A DNA stretch of 64,000 nucleotides from Spizellomyces punctatus DAOM BR117 (Eukaryota). How positions within the stretch are numbered: position 1 is the first letter of the stretch; each line of letters starts with the position of its first letter. The DNA lies in the NCBI GenBank assembly GCA_000182565.2, contig KQ257453.1; one strand, given 5' to 3'. This document shows, one piece after another, positions 61,833 through 64,000 of this stretch. The notes under the pieces were generated by a model, which worked only from the letters and a program-made list of their open reading frames with translations, did no database searches and was not told the DNA's origin. A program made the position numbers and the translations under genes.

Positions 61833-64000
61833 ATGCTTACAGCCAACGTGGAGCCAATTCGGGAAGAGCTATTGGCTGCCTTTGGTCCGCAAATCTCATC
61901 GCGTCCTGAAGTTCTAGACCGGCTCGTCACATATGCAAAGATCTTTGATGTGGAGGCCGAGGATTTACATGCCAAGTGGGAGGCATACACTCTCACTCCC
62001 GCAGCGCAGAAGTCTGACGATGACCTGACGCTGCCGACGCTTGCTCACCTGGACGAACTACAAAGTGTGTTGTTGCGAAAGCAAGAGGCCGAAAAACATC
62101 AGGCCCTCTTAGGAACATCTGATTCGCTGCTAAACGTGAAGGAGGTCAATCCGTTTGTGGAAGGCACAATGTTCACGAGTGACTCGTTACAGAGCCTCTT
62201 GGACGATAAAGGCGCAGATATTCTTGGAAGCTTTCGAACGCCAGGCAAAGCTAGGCGAAAGATTGTGCCTAAGGATGCAACAGCGTTGAGTGGGAGTGGG
62301 GCCGGGCCACATCCAGCCAAGAAATATCCTTCTCAGCCAGTAGGGGCTACCATGCCAAAGACACCAGCATCAAGCGGACGCTTTGATAAGACGCTCAACG
62401 TTGGAAATTCTCCTGCCTCAGCGCGTTTCTATGGAGCATCTCCTAGCACCCCTAGTGGCAGAGATAGTATACCATTGTCCCCACGGGGACCATCTCCGAA
62501 CGCCATAAAGTTTGCGGATAGGCTCAACAAAGCAAAGAAGGAAGAAACTTTAAATGATCATGTACCGATGGTTGCGTCGTCACCCGAAGATCCAGTGAGA
62601 TGCGAAATTTCATTAGTTCCAGGCCAGCAAACCAGCGGTTATCGATATATGTACGAGAAGTTGATGGAAAAGGGCGACTACTTGGATGAGCGTATTGATC
62701 AATTTGCAGAGCTTATTGTAGAAGCGATTCGTGAAACTCTACCAGAGGAAACCCGAAACGACTTCCAACTGCAGCATCCTGGTGTGCCAAACCAGGATCC
62801 GATTATAACCGTTGGCCGAGTCTGTTGCGATTCGTTAGTGGAAAATGCGAAATTGAATGAGCAGTCTATTCTGCTAGAATCATCGCGTGCCATGGGGGCT
62901 GGGTGCCGGGTAAAGCTAAACTTGAACGAGATCCCGGGTTTCACGATGTTTCCTGGCCAAATTATTGGTGCGGAGGGAATGAATTCAAGTGGAAGACTAC
63001 TCAACGTGTCCAAACTATACCAGCCACCACATCCTCCTAAAGCAACCTCAACACCGTCACAAATCGTTAATTTCTACTCAGAGGAGGGCACCGTTTCTAA
63101 GCGCCCTGTTAACGTCTTCATCGCGAATGGTCCATATACCCTGGACGACAGTCTGAATTATGAGCCATTTGAAGAGTTTGTGACTCAAATTTCGAAAGAA
63201 GCTCCTGATGTCGTCATACTACAAGGACCTTTTGTCGATGCGTCGCATCCTATGATTGCGCAAGGCGATCTTGACGTTGACATTGATGAGTTATTTCGAG
63301 TGCAGATTTCCTCCCGACTTGAACGTATAATACAGGCAAGGAAGCATCGTTCGACCAAAGTAGTTTTGATCCCTTCCACGCGAGATGCCTGTTCAGAATG
63401 GGTATCCTTCCCTCAACCGTCTCTTGCAGCAGGATTGACTGACCAGGAGTCACGCGAACGTCGTAGAGTGTTGGGCATTCCAGGCGAAGTGATGCTCTTC
63501 CCTAATCCAGTGCAATTTACGATCAACGAAACAGTGTTTGCTTGCTGTAGCACAGACATCCTCTGGCAGATGTGCGCTGAGGAGGTTGCCCGGGTACCGA
63601 AACAGCAGCAAGGGTCGAACGATGCGAATGGGATCTCCAACCACAAGATAACACGCCTGTTCCAACACATGCTGAGCCAAGGAAGCTTCTATCCACTATT
63701 CCCGCCAGCTCTGGACGATGCTTGTTTGGACCTCTCGCGATCAAAAGCGTTGGAACTGCAAGCAACTCCAGACGTCTTAATTGCTGGAAGCAGATTACAG
63801 TATACCGCACGGAAAGTGAACGGTTGCGTATGCATAAATCCAGGATTGCTTGTGAAGGGGCGAGGAGGTGGTACATTTGCCAAGATGTGTATCTGGCCTT
63901 TAGATTTGGATGGAATTAAGACGTTGGTTAAAGAGAAGACTACCGACTCCATGGATGTCGACGGGGAGGATGAAGAAGACATAGCTATCGCCCACGCTGT
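61833..64000 (+). CDS. POL12: DNA polymerase alpha-primase B subunit (runs off the window end; no intron seen)
   Basis: Long open frame MLTANVEPIREEL..., S/T-P cluster, YRYMYEKL, VGRVCCD, FPGQIIGAEG, GPFVDASHP, QGSFYPLFP, CINPG. Confidence 0.92.
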   Translation, partial: MLTANVEPIREELLAAFGPQISSRPEVLDRLVTYAKIFDVEAEDLHAKWEAYTLTPAAQKSDDDLTLPTLAHLDELQSVLLRKQEAEKHQALLGTSDSLLNVKEVNPFVEGTMFTSDSLQSLLDDKGADILGSFRTPGKARRKIVPKDATALSGSGAGPHPAKKYPSQPVGATMPKTPASSGRFDKTLNVGNSPASARFYGASPSTPSGRDSIPLSPRGPSPNAIKFADRLNKAKKEETLNDHVPMVASSPEDPVRCEISLVPGQQTSGYRYMYEKLMEKGDYLDERIDQFAELIVEAIRETLPEETRNDFQLQHPGVPNQDPIITVGRVCCDSLVENAKLNEQSILLESSRAMGAGCRVKLNLNEIPGFTMFPGQIIGAEGMNSSGRLLNVSKLYQPPHPPKATSTPSQIVNFYSEEGTVSKRPVNVFIANGPYTLDDSLNYEPFEEFVTQISKEAPDVVILQGPFVDASHPMIAQGDLDVDIDELFRVQISSRLERIIQARKHRSTKVVLIPSTRDACSEWVSFPQPSLAAGLTDQESRERRRVLGIPGEVMLFPNPVQFTINETVFACCSTDILWQMCAEEVARVPKQQQGSNDANGISNHKITRLFQHMLSQGSFYPLFPPALDDACLDLSRSKALELQATPDVLIAGSRLQYTARKVNGCVCINPGLLVKGRGGGTFAKMCIWPLDLDGIKTLVKEKTTDSMDVDGEDEEDIAIAHA

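Noticed and set aside
1-64000. U12-type introns, tRNA/rRNA genes, transposons, CRISPR arrays
   Set aside because: No RTATCCTT donor at an intron start, and no cloverleaf, transposase/RT motif or repeat-spacer array seen by eye; a computational scan was not possible.

Overview
Gene-dense, intron-rich eukaryotic DNA (roughly half G+C by eye, mostly 50-80 nt GT-AG introns) from a flagellated fungus, most likely a chytrid (Spizellomyces-like; species not provable from sequence). Fungal-type genes (ATP18, QCR10, PPZ-type phosphatase, IZH/PAQR) sit beside centriole/axoneme genes (DNAI4/WDR78, ARMC9, SAS-4/CENPJ, MYCBP, GCP4, a C2orf81-like gene). I reconstructed 31 protein-coding genes by hand-splicing; many are head-to-head pairs 150-350 bp apart. 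There is one 100-N assembly gap. I saw no tRNA, rRNA, transposon or CRISPR array. Most notable: (1) a stand-alone bacterial-type MacB/LolD/FtsE-family ABC ATPase with 7 spliceosomal introns sharing a 177-bp divergent promoter with axonemal dynein DNAI4; (2) an intronless, unclustered nitrate-reductase-like molybdoflavoheme enzyme with a non-canonical CDGIRR active-site motif; (3) RFX X-box-like palindromes in front of mitochondrial/housekeeping genes but not ciliary genes; (4) shared E2F/SBF-type elements at POL12/SAS-4 and GCP4; (5) a PanK-DUF89 fusion that keeps its kinase catalytic residues. Gene ends and splice sites are manual inferences.
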